A stretch of DNA of 64,000 nt from a virus. Lineage: Duplodnaviria; Caudoviricetes. Shown here piece after piece: positions 1 to 9,894 of this stretch. The DNA lies in the IMG/VR virus record IMGVR_UViG_2878918711_000001, positions 3,170-67,169 of that record; one strand, given 5' to 3'. The notes beneath the pieces were generated by a model. It did no database searches and was not told the DNA's origin. It saw only the letters and a program-made list of their open reading frames with translations. The translations under genes were made by a program, and so were the position numbers. How positions within the stretch are numbered: the first letter of the stretch is position 1; each line of letters opens with the position of its first letter.

Positions 1-2
1 CG

Positions 3-1157
3 GTGGCGGTGCATCAACTTGATACACCCTGGCGACCCTCAGATTTGGAGCAGCGAAATGGTCGGGCAATTCGTAAAGGTAATATGGTTGCCAAAGAATT
101 TGCTGACAACAAGGTCGATGTGATTATCTATGCCGTGGAGCGGTCGTTGGACAGTTATAAGTTCAACCTACTACATAACAAGCAATTGTTTATCAATCAG
201 TTGAAGACCAACACGCTCGGTAGTCGTACCATTGACGAGGGATCGATGGACGAGGATAGCGGTATGAACTTTTCAGAGTATGTTGCCGTGCTATCTGGTA
301 ATACGGACTTGTTAGAGAAAGCCAAACTCGACAAGAAGATTGCCACGCTGGAATCAGAGCGTAAGAATTTCCTCCGTGAGCGTGATGCCGCAACGGGCAA
401 GTTGGCGGAGATTGACAGCTCCGTGTCTTTCCATTCAGACAAGATCAAGGAAGCCAAGGCAGACTTGGCGTGCTTTGAGAAGCGTGTGGAGCGTGACAAA
501 GAAGGTAATCCTATCAATAAACTTGTCATTAAAGGTGTGGAGGACAGTACCGACATAAAGGTCATCGCCGCCCGTCTGCATGAGATAGAGGAAAAGGCTC
601 GTACCAAGAGCGAGTACAACAAGATTGGCGAGGTTTACGGCTTTTCCATCATGGTCAAGACGGAGAGCAGTTCAAAGGATCTGTTTGATTGCTCGATAAA
701 CCGCTTCTTTGTCAAGGGACAGGAGAGCATCTACTATACTTATAATAACGGTAAGTTAGCGGCAGACCCGAAACTTGCCTGCGAGAACTTCGTAAATGCC
801 TTGGAGCGTATCCCTAAGGTGATAGAGTCGCATGAGAAGGAAATGGCAAAGGTCGTGACCAACAAAGACGTTTACACCAACATTGCCAACAGTTCTTGGA
901 AGAAAGAGGACGAGCTTCGCTCACTCAAAGGTGAGGCAGCAGAACTTGACAGAAAAATTGCACTTACATTGAACGAACCAAATGAAGAAAATGAAAAATC
1001 AAACGAAAATGACCAACCCGAGTATTTAAGACAAAATAGTAGTAATAGCCCAAATACTAAAAAGGAAGAGGAGGGGGTAATTTATTCAAGTTCTATGAAT
1101 AATAGAAACAAACAAGAAGAAAGTAAGGGATATATTGTAAAATCCAGACTGAGATAA
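3..1157 (+). CDS. C-terminal part of a large SNF2-like helicase/N6-DNA methylase of Bacteroidetes ICEs (5' end outside window)
   Basis: Helicase motif VI-like 'PWRPSDLEQRNGRAIRKGN' followed by a coiled-coil tail. Confidence 0.7.
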   Translation: MAVHQLDTPWRPSDLEQRNGRAIRKGNMVAKEFADNKVDVIIYAVERSLDSYKFNLLHNKQLFINQLKTNTLGSRTIDEGSMDEDSGMNFSEYVAVLSGNTDLLEKAKLDKKIATLESERKNFLRERDAATGKLAEIDSSVSFHSDKIKEAKADLACFEKRVERDKEGNPINKLVIKGVEDSTDIKVIAARLHEIEEKARTKSEYNKIGEVYGFSIMVKTESSSKDLFDCSINRFFVKGQESIYYTYNNGKLAADPKLACENFVNALERIPKVIESHEKEMAKVVTNKDVYTNIANSSWKKEDELRSLKGEAAELDRKIALTLNEPNEENEKSNENDQPEYLRQNSSNSPNTKKEEEGVIYSSSMNNRNKQEESKGYIVKSRLR

Positions 1158-1161
1158 ATAG

Positions 1162-1191
1162 CGATGGTGTATCATAATTGATACACCATCG
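1162..1191. terminator. Bidirectional terminator-like hairpin
   Basis: Perfect 13-bp IR cgatggtgtatca-taat-tgatacaccatcg between convergent genes. Confidence 0.7.
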
Positions 1192-1198
1192 TATTATA

Positions 1199-2152
1199 TT
1201 ATTTCCACAAAGAGTATTCTCTCCATTTTTCAGGAAAGCCCATATCTTTCAAAACTACCAATTTGGGAGATTTGTCCAATAGGGTGAGCAAACTCTTTCT
1301 AAATGAGCTATCAGGACTGATTATTTGCTGCAAATACAAAATTACAGATAAGTAGGCAAACAACTTATTGTCCCTTATCGTTGCAGCTTCTTGCTTTGAC
1401 AAGAAAGGATAATTCGTTCTATAAGGAAACTTCAAGGCTATTGTAAAGCGGCGATTCCATACACGACTATGATGGGCACAAGTATTGCGTAAAGACGATA
1501 AACCGTGCATCCAATTCTTCAAAATATCGACATTGTATAGTCCCAAATCTCTGCAGATTGTTTTACTAGAAGGATTATTCTTGTCCAAAGCAAAAAACAA
1601 CTTACTCAATGTTCCCATAGAAACAACCTCTAAGGTCATCCACGCTGGCGGAAAAGCAGGTTCGCTATACTTTTGATAATAATGAGCTATAAATTCCTCA
1701 TTACTTCGCTTGACCTCTTTCATTAAATCCCCTACAACAGGTTTATCATCTATAATCTCGTTGCGTGTCAATGCGATAAACTTATCGTGCTGAAAGTATA
1801 ACTTATGATTGAGAAACCAAAAGGCGTCATTTTCATCAACGGAATAAGTTAAGGCGATTCTTGTTCTTAATGCCACCTCGATTTTTTCAATGGCATTGAA
1901 GATTAAAGAGCGTAAACGCCTATCAAAACAATAAAGGTCTATCACATCTTGAAAAGAAATGTCCTTTCTCAGAAATTCGTGATTAGCACCTTCCCCGTTA
2001 TTTTGAAAAGGGTATGTGTATGCTCGTAATCTATAATAACTTATATTATAAAGATATTGGGACGCAAGTTTTTCGTCTCCAATATTAAGTCCTCGATCGC
2101 ATAACTTTTTAACCTGCTCAGATGTGTCTATGGGCTTCTTTTCGTACCTCAT
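1199..2152 (-). CDS. abiF: Abi_2 (AbiD/AbiF) family HEPN ribonuclease, abortive infection
   Basis: N-terminal 'EQVKKLCDRGL...ISYYRLRAY' and HEPN RxxxxH motif 'RNTCAH'. Confidence 0.85.
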   Translation of the reverse strand: MRYEKKPIDTSEQVKKLCDRGLNIGDEKLASQYLYNISYYRLRAYTYPFQNNGEGANHEFLRKDISFQDVIDLYCFDRRLRSLIFNAIEKIEVALRTRIALTYSVDENDAFWFLNHKLYFQHDKFIALTRNEIIDDKPVVGDLMKEVKRSNEEFIAHYYQKYSEPAFPPAWMTLEVVSMGTLSKLFFALDKNNPSSKTICRDLGLYNVDILKNWMHGLSSLRNTCAHHSRVWNRRFTIALKFPYRTNYPFLSKQEAATIRDNKLFAYLSVILYLQQIISPDSSFRKSLLTLLDKSPKLVVLKDMGFPEKWREYSLWK

Positions 2153-2171
2153 AACCGTATATAAACTCGAA

Positions 2172-2214
2172 GACCTCCCCGGGTGCGCTGTTCTGATGAG
2201 AAGCGTGGGAGGTC
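2172..2214 (-). ncRNA. abiF-type leader RNA hairpin (putative RNA antitoxin)
   Basis: Minus strand gacctccc..gggaggtc outer stem with inner cgct/agcg and ttct/agaa stems, lying between a TAnnTTTG promoter and the abiF start. Confidence 0.6.
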
Positions 2215-2224
2215 ATATTGACTG

Positions 2225-2232
2225 CAAAGTTA
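2225..2232 (-). promoter_or_regulatory. Bacteroidetes -7 promoter element for the abiF transcript
   Basis: TAACTTTG on the minus strand matches TAnnTTTG. Confidence 0.55.
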
Positions 2233-2467
2233 CTACTTTTTTTTGAATGCGCAAGGAAAATGCCGAAAAAATCATTGCAAGCGATGAATTTTCCATTAAA
2301 AGTAGCATCAAATGTAGAAATTACAAATATTTTTTGTCTGCAACCCTATCTTTATCGGTTCAATAGTTTCAAACAATATATGGTAAATTCCTTATCAAAG
2401 AAATAAGCGAGTACTGTTATCTTTATGAGCGGTAAATCCGCAACTAACTTTTTACTTGTAAAGGTAA

Positions 2468-2510
2468 TTATTTTGTTGTGTAAACACTTGCATTTACACA
2501 ACAAAAATAA
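2468..2510. terminator. AT-rich long hairpin / terminator
   Basis: ttattttgttgtgtaaa-cacttgca-tttacacaacaaaaataa, near-perfect 17-bp IR downstream of the 2528-2836 gene. Confidence 0.5.
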
Positions 2511-2527
2511 TCTAATCAGGAAATCAA

Positions 2528-2836
2528 TTACCAGCCATCTCGCTTCCGTACCATTTCATCTATCTCTTCCCGAAGGAAAAGCAATCGACCGTTAGCCTTG
2601 AGAAAGGGGATTTTCCCTGCCCAAACCCAGTTATAGATGGTCTTCTGCTCCACTTTGAGTATCTTGGAAACGTCGATGATGTCCAAGTATTCGGGTTTCA
2701 ATGGAGGGTGAATGGTCGTATCGACAGATTGCTCTTGCAAAAACAGCAGATGGTCAAGTTTACTCTCAACAGTCATCAGCTTGTCAAACAAGCGTTTCTG
2801 CCATGTATCTTCGGTTCTTTGGTCTATGTATGACAT
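2528..2836 (-). CDS. Helix-turn-helix (excisionase-like) protein
   Basis: '[38 protein letters not shown]' typical HTH_17 pattern. Confidence 0.75.
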   Translation of the reverse strand: MSYIDQRTEDTWQKRLFDKLMTVESKLDHLLFLQEQSVDTTIHPPLKPEYLDIIDVSKILKVEQKTIYNWVWAGKIPFLKANGRLLFLREEIDEMVRKRDGW

Positions 2837-4887
2837 AATTCTCCTTTTTGATAGTTACCACTTGTGTCTTGCGACAAGATACGCTGCTCTTTCATATAGG
2901 CAATGTACTTCTTTGCCGTTCGATCCTTGATTTCCATTTCACGCATCAACACATCGCACAACTCTTGATATGATAGCTTTAGTTTGGCACGGAATGCAGA
3001 CTTTACAACAGCCAACAGTTCATCGGTCTTGCGTTTTTCCTTATCCTCTTTCGACTTTTCTCCACGATAAACGTGCATATCGGCTTCCTTGTCCCATCCA
3101 AAAAGCATTATCGGCACATCTAGCGGGCTTCCATCACGCACTTTCAATGCCTTGACGACCGAGTATTCGGGATTGTCATCTTTCTCGATGGAGAGAATGC
3201 CCGCAGCCTTGCGTTGCAGTTCAGACCCTATATGTCCTCTGAGTTTGATGCCGTTGGGTACAAAATGGAGTACGCAAATGATACAAGTATTGTAAATTCC
3301 TGCCAATCGATAGAGTTCGTCCACGATGGCTATACTCTCTGTTTCGTCGTTGGCGGAGCGTATCAGGTCTGCTATACCGTCAATGACCACAAGATGAATT
3401 CCACTGTGTTTGTGATGAAACAAGTCCATACTCTCACGAATGATTTTCAGTCTGTCCTTGCGTGATAGCGATGCTAGATAGAGGGAATGATAAAACTCTG
3501 GCACGGACTTGATACCAGCCCTGCGAAGTGTCTTCTCCAAGTTCTTATAGAGTTGTGCCTCCGATTGCTCTGTATCGTAGTGAAGTACAGCCAATCCTTT
3601 GGGGTTGGCAGTTACTTCCAATCCCAAGGTTTGCTCTGCCTTTAATCGTTCTCTCCCAAGAGTGCCAGCAAGGATGGCGGCAATGTAGTTGCTTTTGCCT
3701 GTTCCTTCTCCACCTGTGATACAAAACAGATTGTCCTGCGTTCCAAGCGGAACACCATTTACTGCCACCACCGACTTTGAAGCGTCTGGCGGATTATCGT
3801 AGTCTATCTCACAAGATTGCAATATCATCATCGTCTGTGCATACATATTGGTGAACATATCATTAAGAAGCACTTTCAAGTCCTTTGCTTCATTGCCCAA
3901 GGCAAAGAAGTCCGATATATCCTTCTCCGACTTACCCCCTTGCAATGGTAAGGTTAGACTCAATACCTTGTATTGAGCAAATGCATCTGTCTGCCGTTTA
4001 GCTTCCCTTACACCTGTCTCGTCCGTATCGTACAATATAATAATGTGTTGAAAGCGAAGCTGCAATCCTTCGATGATATTCTCAGGAATCTGTGCCGTCT
4101 CACTGTTGAAACAGATGGCGTTGAAACCATGAGCCGAAAGTGAAAGCACGTCTTTCTCCCCACCTGTGATGAAAACAACATCCCCTTTGCTGGGCAGCTG
4201 CTGGAAGCCAAAGACATAGTCGTTCACTTTCTCACCCCCATAAAGAAAGCGCAGCTTACTCTTAGGGCGATAGACTTTTACAAACTTCCCCATGCTATAT
4301 CCAAACATAGGCTCATCATGTGTAGAACCAAGAGTAAACGGCTTTCCCTGATTGGAGACAGACTCATAGCGAGCAAGCGACTTTACATGAAAACGTTGCA
4401 GAGTCTTAGCATCAATGCCGTATTGCTCCCAATAGTCTAGTTCTTTGACATTGAAAGATTGCTCAATTAGCTTGTACCATTTTTTACCTTCCATCTTCTT
4501 GAGCTGGTTAGGTGGTTGTACTAAGGGTGGTTTGCAAGGCTTCATCATCATTGTGTGGGGATTACTATGTTCTTTCCTTTCAATGCAAATATTCAGCTGC
4601 AAGTCCCGATTTATGGTTTCAAGCACCTTAACAAAGTCTTTCCTCACGTCCAGTCCGAGCATTGTGGCTGCAAACCAAAAGCAGTCGCCGGAGTAGGCAT
4701 CGTTGCCAAAGTCCTTCATTCGGTAGCAGCCGGACTTGTTGTCGAGATAGATATTGCACGATGCACGCCTGTCGTCATACATAGGATTTCGGAAATTGCG
4801 CTTTGGCACAAAGTCGATAGGCATATAGAAGCAGAACACATCCAGTCCTTTGTTGGTTCGGCTCAGTATTTCTTCTTTGATGTTCAT
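2824..4887 (-). CDS. Bifunctional primase (Toprim)-helicase (AAA_25-like)
   Basis: Toprim 'ITGGEKD...LYDTD'; Walker A GGEGTGKS; Walker B VVIDG. Confidence 0.8.
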   Translation of the reverse strand: MNIKEEILSRTNKGLDVFCFYMPIDFVPKRNFRNPMYDDRRASCNIYLDNKSGCYRMKDFGNDAYSGDCFWFAATMLGLDVRKDFVKVLETINRDLQLNICIERKEHSNPHTMMMKPCKPPLVQPPNQLKKMEGKKWYKLIEQSFNVKELDYWEQYGIDAKTLQRFHVKSLARYESVSNQGKPFTLGSTHDEPMFGYSMGKFVKVYRPKSKLRFLYGGEKVNDYVFGFQQLPSKGDVVFITGGEKDVLSLSAHGFNAICFNSETAQIPENIIEGLQLRFQHIIILYDTDETGVREAKRQTDAFAQYKVLSLTLPLQGGKSEKDISDFFALGNEAKDLKVLLNDMFTNMYAQTMMILQSCEIDYDNPPDASKSVVAVNGVPLGTQDNLFCITGGEGTGKSNYIAAILAGTLGRERLKAEQTLGLEVTANPKGLAVLHYDTEQSEAQLYKNLEKTLRRAGIKSVPEFYHSLYLASLSRKDRLKIIRESMDLFHHKHSGIHLVVIDGIADLIRSANDETESIAIVDELYRLAGIYNTCIICVLHFVPNGIKLRGHIGSELQRKAAGILSIEKDDNPEYSVVKALKVRDGSPLDVPIMLFGWDKEADMHVYRGEKSKEDKEKRKTDELLAVVKSAFRAKLKLSYQELCDVLMREMEIKDRTAKKYIAYMKEQRILSQDTSGNYQKGELCHT

Positions 4888-5282
4888 AGCTCCTCAAATA
4901 AAGTTTGACCATCACCCATATATCCTTTAAGGACACCATCCTTGTAGGCGTTGAGCCGTTGTAGGGCTTCCACTCGTCTGAAACCCTTGAAGGAGGCACG
5001 TCCGCTCTTGATGGCGACGTAAAGTCCCTTGAACGGATAGGCAACGTGGTTGCATGATATATACCTGAACGGGATTGCGTTGGTGTCCCTCCATCGGGCA
5101 AGGGATGCCCGCGAAATGCCCAAGAGTCTGATGACGTCGGAGGAACTGAGTTCCATCTTATCCTCCAAAACGGAATAATCGCGTCTCATTTCCACGATAA
5201 AGCCGGCTATCCGCTCCATGTCGTTCCTTAGTGAGCGTAACTCTGCAATTACCGTCTTTTGTAAATTGTCTTCTTCTGTCAT
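4884..5282 (-). CDS. HTH-domain protein
   Basis: 'SSDVIRLLGISRASLARWRDTNAIPF'; overlaps the primase start. Confidence 0.55.
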   Translation of the reverse strand: MTEEDNLQKTVIAELRSLRNDMERIAGFIVEMRRDYSVLEDKMELSSSDVIRLLGISRASLARWRDTNAIPFRYISCNHVAYPFKGLYVAIKSGRASFKGFRRVEALQRLNAYKDGVLKGYMGDGQTLFEEL

Positions 5283-5333
5283 ATGCCACTTCTCTTTTCA
5301 GTTTAGGATTGAATAGTTGCTCTCCGTGGATTA

Positions 5334-5750
5334 TCATCCGTCTGGAAATTCAGAGTCCTTCCCCAATTGGTGCAATAACTGCATAAGATGCTGCTTAAAT
5401 CTTCTACTGTCCAGCTTGCACAGCCGATTGAGAATGACGATGAGATCTTCCTGCTCCATTGTGGAGAAGCGAAGGCTTTTATGGGGCGTGGTTGCTATCA
5501 TGGACTCAATCATACCCTTGGGGAGATGTATCAAGAGCACGTCCATATCGAAGGCTGCCGCACATCTTGCATAAGTGTTGATACGAAGGTCGGTCTGCAT
5601 CTTGCAGTGTTTCATAAAGTTGGAATATTCCATATTGGCATAGCCTGCCCTTAGCTTGCAGTTTTTGCTGGCGGAGAGCATGATTTCAAGTGTCGGAAGT
5701 ACAACGTAGAATTTTGCATTACTTCCGGAGTTTTGTTTCTTTGTATTCAT
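5334..5750 (-). CDS. Hypothetical protein (possible XRE-like regulator)
   Basis: 138-aa ORF heading the minus-strand operon; no firm family. Confidence 0.5.
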   Translation of the reverse strand: MNTKKQNSGSNAKFYVVLPTLEIMLSASKNCKLRAGYANMEYSNFMKHCKMQTDLRINTYARCAAAFDMDVLLIHLPKGMIESMIATTPHKSLRFSTMEQEDLIVILNRLCKLDSRRFKQHLMQLLHQLGKDSEFPDG

Positions 5751-6000
5751 ATGTATCCGTCTTTTTGTTAGAAATAATGCTGCAAAGTTCTTAACAAATA
5801 GGGCTTTAGAAAGAATATTAAATTGCCAATATTGGCATTATATTGCCATTTTGCATTTTTAACATTATGCGTTATTTGTTGCCGTGTTGCCCAATACGTA
5901 GGCGAAAATATTGAGCCTGCCATATCAATCACACCTTTGGGACTGTCAGTGCATGGTGCAAGGTCTATCTATATATATAGACTTGCACCATGCACTGAAA

Positions 6001-6160
6001 ATTGTAGCCAAAAGATTTCTAAAACATTTTCCCACAATAATTTGGAGGATGTTCTACTTTTTTGTACTTTTGAACCCAAGAAATGCAAGTGCGCATTTCG
6101 GGTAGCAGTATCTGCGTGTACTCTCAAAATACTCTGTTGTGGCTACAATATGGCTACAAT
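6001..6160. repeat. Integrase arm-type repeats TGGCTACAAT
   Basis: Copies at 6140-6149 and 6151-6160, inverted copy at 6001-6010. Confidence 0.7.
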
Positions 6161-6220
6161 TAAAAAGGATAAAAAAATAAAAGACTATGATACAAGGAGT
6201 TGCAGCGAAATGGTCATTTT

Positions 6221-6233
6221 CCTCTCTCTCCGC
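6221..6233 (+). repeat. att core (left copy) CCTCTCTCTCCGC
   Basis: Exact 13-bp direct repeat with 23899-23911; resembles a tRNA-Ser 3' end and the NBU2 core as recalled (CCTGTCTCTCCGC). Confidence 0.85.
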
Positions 6234-6449
6234 GAACAAGGGTGTAAATCAGCAAGTTATGCGATTTACACCCTTTATTGCACCCAAAAAGTTTCTCGGT
6301 ATTTCTTGTATGGTTTATTGCGGCACGATGTCAGGGATTCTATTCTTACGTATCATTCAGAGCTACTAGAATAAGACTGTCATCAACTACTATACTATTG
6401 CTCTTGGTCGTAACAAAACCTCACACCAACGAGTAGGATTTTCGTGGCC

Positions 6450-6766
6450 ATCCACGAGTTTGAACGCCACGGCTGGCAGGTAGAAGTGGGTCATCTAGGC
6501 AACCCAATGCGTTTCAACGAGCAGCACCAGCTCATCGGTCAAGGGCTTCGCTGGCAAACAACGCCTTATGTCCCTTTCCAACCATAGCAACAATCCCGGC
6601 CTTATTCTTGCCATCCAGTCGGCAGGAGTGTCAAGAGGACGCAACGGATTCCGCAAGGACAAGTCAGGCGAGAAGCTCGCCGAATCAGAAGAAGACCTCT
6701 TAGAGCACCGCACCGACGGCTCCGACGCATTCGACACCCTTCTACATCAGCTGCGAGAAATTCCCC
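6450..6766 (+). pseudogene. Frameshifted relic, probably a phage terminase-like C-terminus
   Basis: Coding-like run 'IHEFERHGWQ..LGNPMR..//FAGKQRLM..KDKSGEKLAESEEDLLEHRTDGSDAFDTL//YISCEKFP' needs two frameshifts; identity from recall only. Confidence 0.4.
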
Positions 6767-6978
6767 GTTCACGACATCGTGAAAGTACCTGTTAGTGGTG
6801 TGATGTAGTCTAAAATCCCTCATAAACGGCAAGAAACTAATCCTTCTTGCCGTTTTTCTTATTATTTTGCCCTCTATTTTATTCAAAAATGCACGTTTAT
6901 GACAAATGGTTATCATAAAATGACCAAAGTATAAAATAAAAGTGATAACTTTGACGCATAGATAAAATCATAAATGAC

Positions 6979-7212
6979 ATGGCAAAGACTACGTGCAGAA
7001 ACCGATTGCGTGTTTTTATGGCTGACAAATGTTTAACCAATAGCGACTTGGCGACAAAGATGAATCTATCTGAGGTTACCATATCACGTTGGCGTTCAAA
7101 CAGAATACAACCATCTGTGTTGCAGTTGGTAGAGTTGGCCGAAATATTAAAGGTCGATATTAAAGACCTTTTGGAGATAAACCATAATGAAGAAAATAGA
7201 TTAGCTTTATGA
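6979..7212 (+). CDS. XRE-family HTH regulator (controller-like, upstream of R-M)
   Basis: 'TNSDLATKMNLSEVTISRWRSNRIQPSVLQLVELAEIL'. Confidence 0.8.
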   Translation: MAKTTCRNRLRVFMADKCLTNSDLATKMNLSEVTISRWRSNRIQPSVLQLVELAEILKVDIKDLLEINHNEENRLAL

Positions 7213-7361
7213 GTGAAGAAAGACAGATGCTGCTTCAAGAGCAAATAAATAAAATTGAGGATGTAATCGCCACACTTAACCAACAATTTCAAGGAGAAGA
7301 TTTGGATGACGAGACGAATTTCTTGACTATTGTTCGTGACAACCTCAAAGAAATTAAATAA
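7209..7361 (+). CDS. 50-aa acidic small protein, not in the ORF track
   Basis: MSEERQMLLQEQINKIEDVIATLNQQFQGEDLDDETNFLTIVRDNLKEIK; ATGA overlap with the HTH stop. Confidence 0.55.
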   Translation: MSEERQMLLQEQINKIEDVIATLNQQFQGEDLDDETNFLTIVRDNLKEIK

Positions 7362-7375
7362 TAAAGAGAAACTGA

Positions 7376-8425
7376 ATGAACAAGAAACATACATTCATTG
7401 ACCTCTTTTCAGGATGTGGCGGTTTGTCGCTTGGATTTGAAATGGCAGGTCTTGAAAGTCTTATTGCCATAGACCATTGGCAAGATGCACTGAAGACCTA
7501 CGCATATAATCGTCCTGGTGCGAAAACCTTGTGTGCAGACCTTTTGGCATTGACACCACAAGAAGTTGAAGAGGCGATACAAACGAATAATATAGATGTC
7601 ATTATCGGTGGGCCTCCTTGTCAGGGCTTTTCTGTTGCAGGAAAAAGAATAATAGAGGACGAGCGAAACCAACTCTATAAAAGGTTTGTTGCAATGGTTG
7701 CTCATTTCCAGCCCAAGGCTTTTGTCATGGAAAATGTGCCTAACATATTGTCAATGGGAGAGGGTGTTATCAAAAAGGCAATCCTTGATGATTTTGAGGC
7801 ATTGGGATACAATGTTCAATGCAAGGTGCTTACTGCCTCGAATTATGGCGTACCTCAAAATAGAAGAAGAGCTGTTTTCGTTGGCTTGAAAAATGGCGAG
7901 TTCGACTTTAATCTGCCTGAGTTAGAACATAAGGTTACAACAGGTGAAGCATTGTCAGACTTGCCTGAATGCTCTATGACAGATGGCGATAAGTATGCGG
8001 TAGAGCCTCAGAGCGATTATCAAAAATTTATCCGTGCAAACAGCAGTGGTGTTTTTAATCATGAGACTACCGAACACAACCAAAAGACAATAGACATTAT
8101 CAACCTTGTTCCTGACGGCGGCAACTACAAAGACCTGCCCGAATCTTTACAGGGTATAAGAAAAGTTCATATCGCATGGACACGCTTAAACAGTAAAGCA
8201 CCAAGTATAACCATTGATACAGGACACAGACATCACTTTCACTACAAATGGAATAGAGTTCCAACAGTTAGAGAGAGTGCAAGAATACAATCATTTCCAG
8301 ACACGTTTGTGTTCACATGTAGTAAAACGAGCCAATACAAACAGGTCGGCAATGCCGTCCCCCCATTGATGGCGAACGCCATTGCTAAACATTTGAAAGA
8401 AACATTATGGCCAAGCAAGAAATAA
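7376..8425 (+). CDS. DNA (cytosine-5) methyltransferase M1
   Basis: Motifs FSGCGG, GPPCQGFS, ENV, QNRRR, QVGNAVP. Confidence 0.95.
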   Translation: MNKKHTFIDLFSGCGGLSLGFEMAGLESLIAIDHWQDALKTYAYNRPGAKTLCADLLALTPQEVEEAIQTNNIDVIIGGPPCQGFSVAGKRIIEDERNQLYKRFVAMVAHFQPKAFVMENVPNILSMGEGVIKKAILDDFEALGYNVQCKVLTASNYGVPQNRRRAVFVGLKNGEFDFNLPELEHKVTTGEALSDLPECSMTDGDKYAVEPQSDYQKFIRANSSGVFNHETTEHNQKTIDIINLVPDGGNYKDLPESLQGIRKVHIAWTRLNSKAPSITIDTGHRHHFHYKWNRVPTVRESARIQSFPDTFVFTCSKTSQYKQVGNAVPPLMANAIAKHLKETLWPSKK

Positions 8426-9894
8426 AATACTATAATCTGCCAGACAAATACTGGCATAGAATCCATTTTGTACGACCACGCTTCAAAAGCAATATTGAGA
8501 ATGTTCTTCTTTATATGGCTGGAGAATGTTGCCGCATCCCAGACTGTAGTTGTGAGGATTATAATAAGAAGTACCTGAATGCCATAAGGATGTTCCCTGG
8601 TAACATTGATATGGCAGAAAAGACTTTACATAATTGGCGAACAGAAATCCCAGCACTCTTTGGCTTCTATGTAGAAGACAAGGAGGCTGACATTACTCGT
8701 ACATCCAAAATGGCAACGTTCTTGTACGAGAACCAAGACCTCACTCAGTTTTTCAGACTTTTCCTTATGTCATTTCAATTCCCTGGTGGGCACATGAAGC
8801 CACAGGACTTGAAGGACATTATCTATTTGAATATACGATTCAAACCAGCCAAGACCATCATTCAGGTATTATTGGCAGGTAATGAGCTGTTGAGTTCCGA
8901 AAACAGCGTAAAGGAGATGTCTTTGTCTGCCGAGGAAGCCACCTACTGCATATTTAACGATGTTCGAGTAACCAGTGGGCAGATTTCTCCTAAGCAAGTT
9001 GCCAAGACCATCCTTGACAACCGTAAGAATCAAATCAAATACTATAACCCAGCCGACCCACATACGAAGTCACTCACTGGTGCTTCACGCACAAAGGGTG
9101 ATATGACAAGGTATGCTGGAGACATTCTTGATTACATGGAGCTTGCCGATTTGCTTACCAAAAATGGCAGCTACTTTTACCTGAAAGGCAATGAGCTCCA
9201 AGCTATTCAGGCCTTTGCCAAGGATAAAACTTGGTTTAAGGGATATGAATCTTTCTATGGTCAGAATGACCTCGACACCGCAAGTCTTTCAACTGTAGAG
9301 CCAAATTGGTTTGCATACGTCAACGACTCCATGAAGCCAGATATGTTCAAGACCGACATCAGAAGTCTGCTGCAACAAGATGATGAAATAGATATTGTAT
9401 TCGGTGAGAGAATACAGGATGTTGTCTCTGGCGATAGAACGACAAAGGACATAGGAAACCTTGGCGAAGCAATTATTTGTGGTCATGAAAAGATGCGTTT
9501 GAAAATCAATGGCTACGGCGAGCAATTCATTAAACTCGTCCAAATTGTTGACAGCCCATCATACCATCCGGGCTTTGACATAGATAGCTTTGAGGGTGAC
9601 GGAACAGAGGACCACCGCTATATTGAAGTAAAGACAACTGTGAGCAAACAGAAAATCCAGATGTACGGCTTCCACATGTCGCCAAACGAGTGGCGAGTTG
9701 CCAATACAATCAAAGAGCATTACTGTGTCTATCGCTTGATGCTTAGTGCGCATAGCAAGGTACTGATTGTTCTCAGGAACCCAGTTGCTTTATACAAGAC
9801 AGATAAGATTGAAGCGATGCCACGTGATGGTATGGAAGTTTCTTTCGACTCAAACATGTTTGAACCAACAGAAATTTTAGCATGGAAAAGATAA
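8407..9894 (+). CDS. Type II(S)-like restriction endonuclease with C-terminal DUF3883-like PD-(D/E)xK domain
   Basis: 'GFDIDS....YIEVKTT' catalytic motif; sits between two C5-MTases; HgaI-like resemblance is from recall. Confidence 0.75.
   Translation: MAKQEIKYYNLPDKYWHRIHFVRPRFKSNIENVLLYMAGECCRIPDCSCEDYNKKYLNAIRMFPGNIDMAEKTLHNWRTEIPALFGFYVEDKEADITRTSKMATFLYENQDLTQFFRLFLMSFQFPGGHMKPQDLKDIIYLNIRFKPAKTIIQVLLAGNELLSSENSVKEMSLSAEEATYCIFNDVRVTSGQISPKQVAKTILDNRKNQIKYYNPADPHTKSLTGASRTKGDMTRYAGDILDYMELADLLTKNGSYFYLKGNELQAIQAFAKDKTWFKGYESFYGQNDLDTASLSTVEPNWFAYVNDSMKPDMFKTDIRSLLQQDDEIDIVFGERIQDVVSGDRTTKDIGNLGEAIICGHEKMRLKINGYGEQFIKLVQIVDSPSYHPGFDIDSFEGDGTEDHRYIEVKTTVSKQKIQMYGFHMSPNEWRVANTIKEHYCVYRLMLSAHSKVLIVLRNPVALYKTDKIEAMPRDGMEVSFDSNMFEPTEILAWKR

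Larger units (their letters stand above)
1..6233. mobile_element. Right end of an ICE-type element (ICE-A); continues left of the window
   Basis: Helicase/methylase C-terminus and primase/HTH module; ends at the 13-bp core 6221-6233, preceded by TGGCTACAAT arm-like repeats also found beside the integrase at 24312. Confidence 0.7.

Noticed and set aside
5823-6374. 183-aa ORF across the att region
   Set aside because: Crosses the arm repeats and att core; no protein-like features; likely spurious
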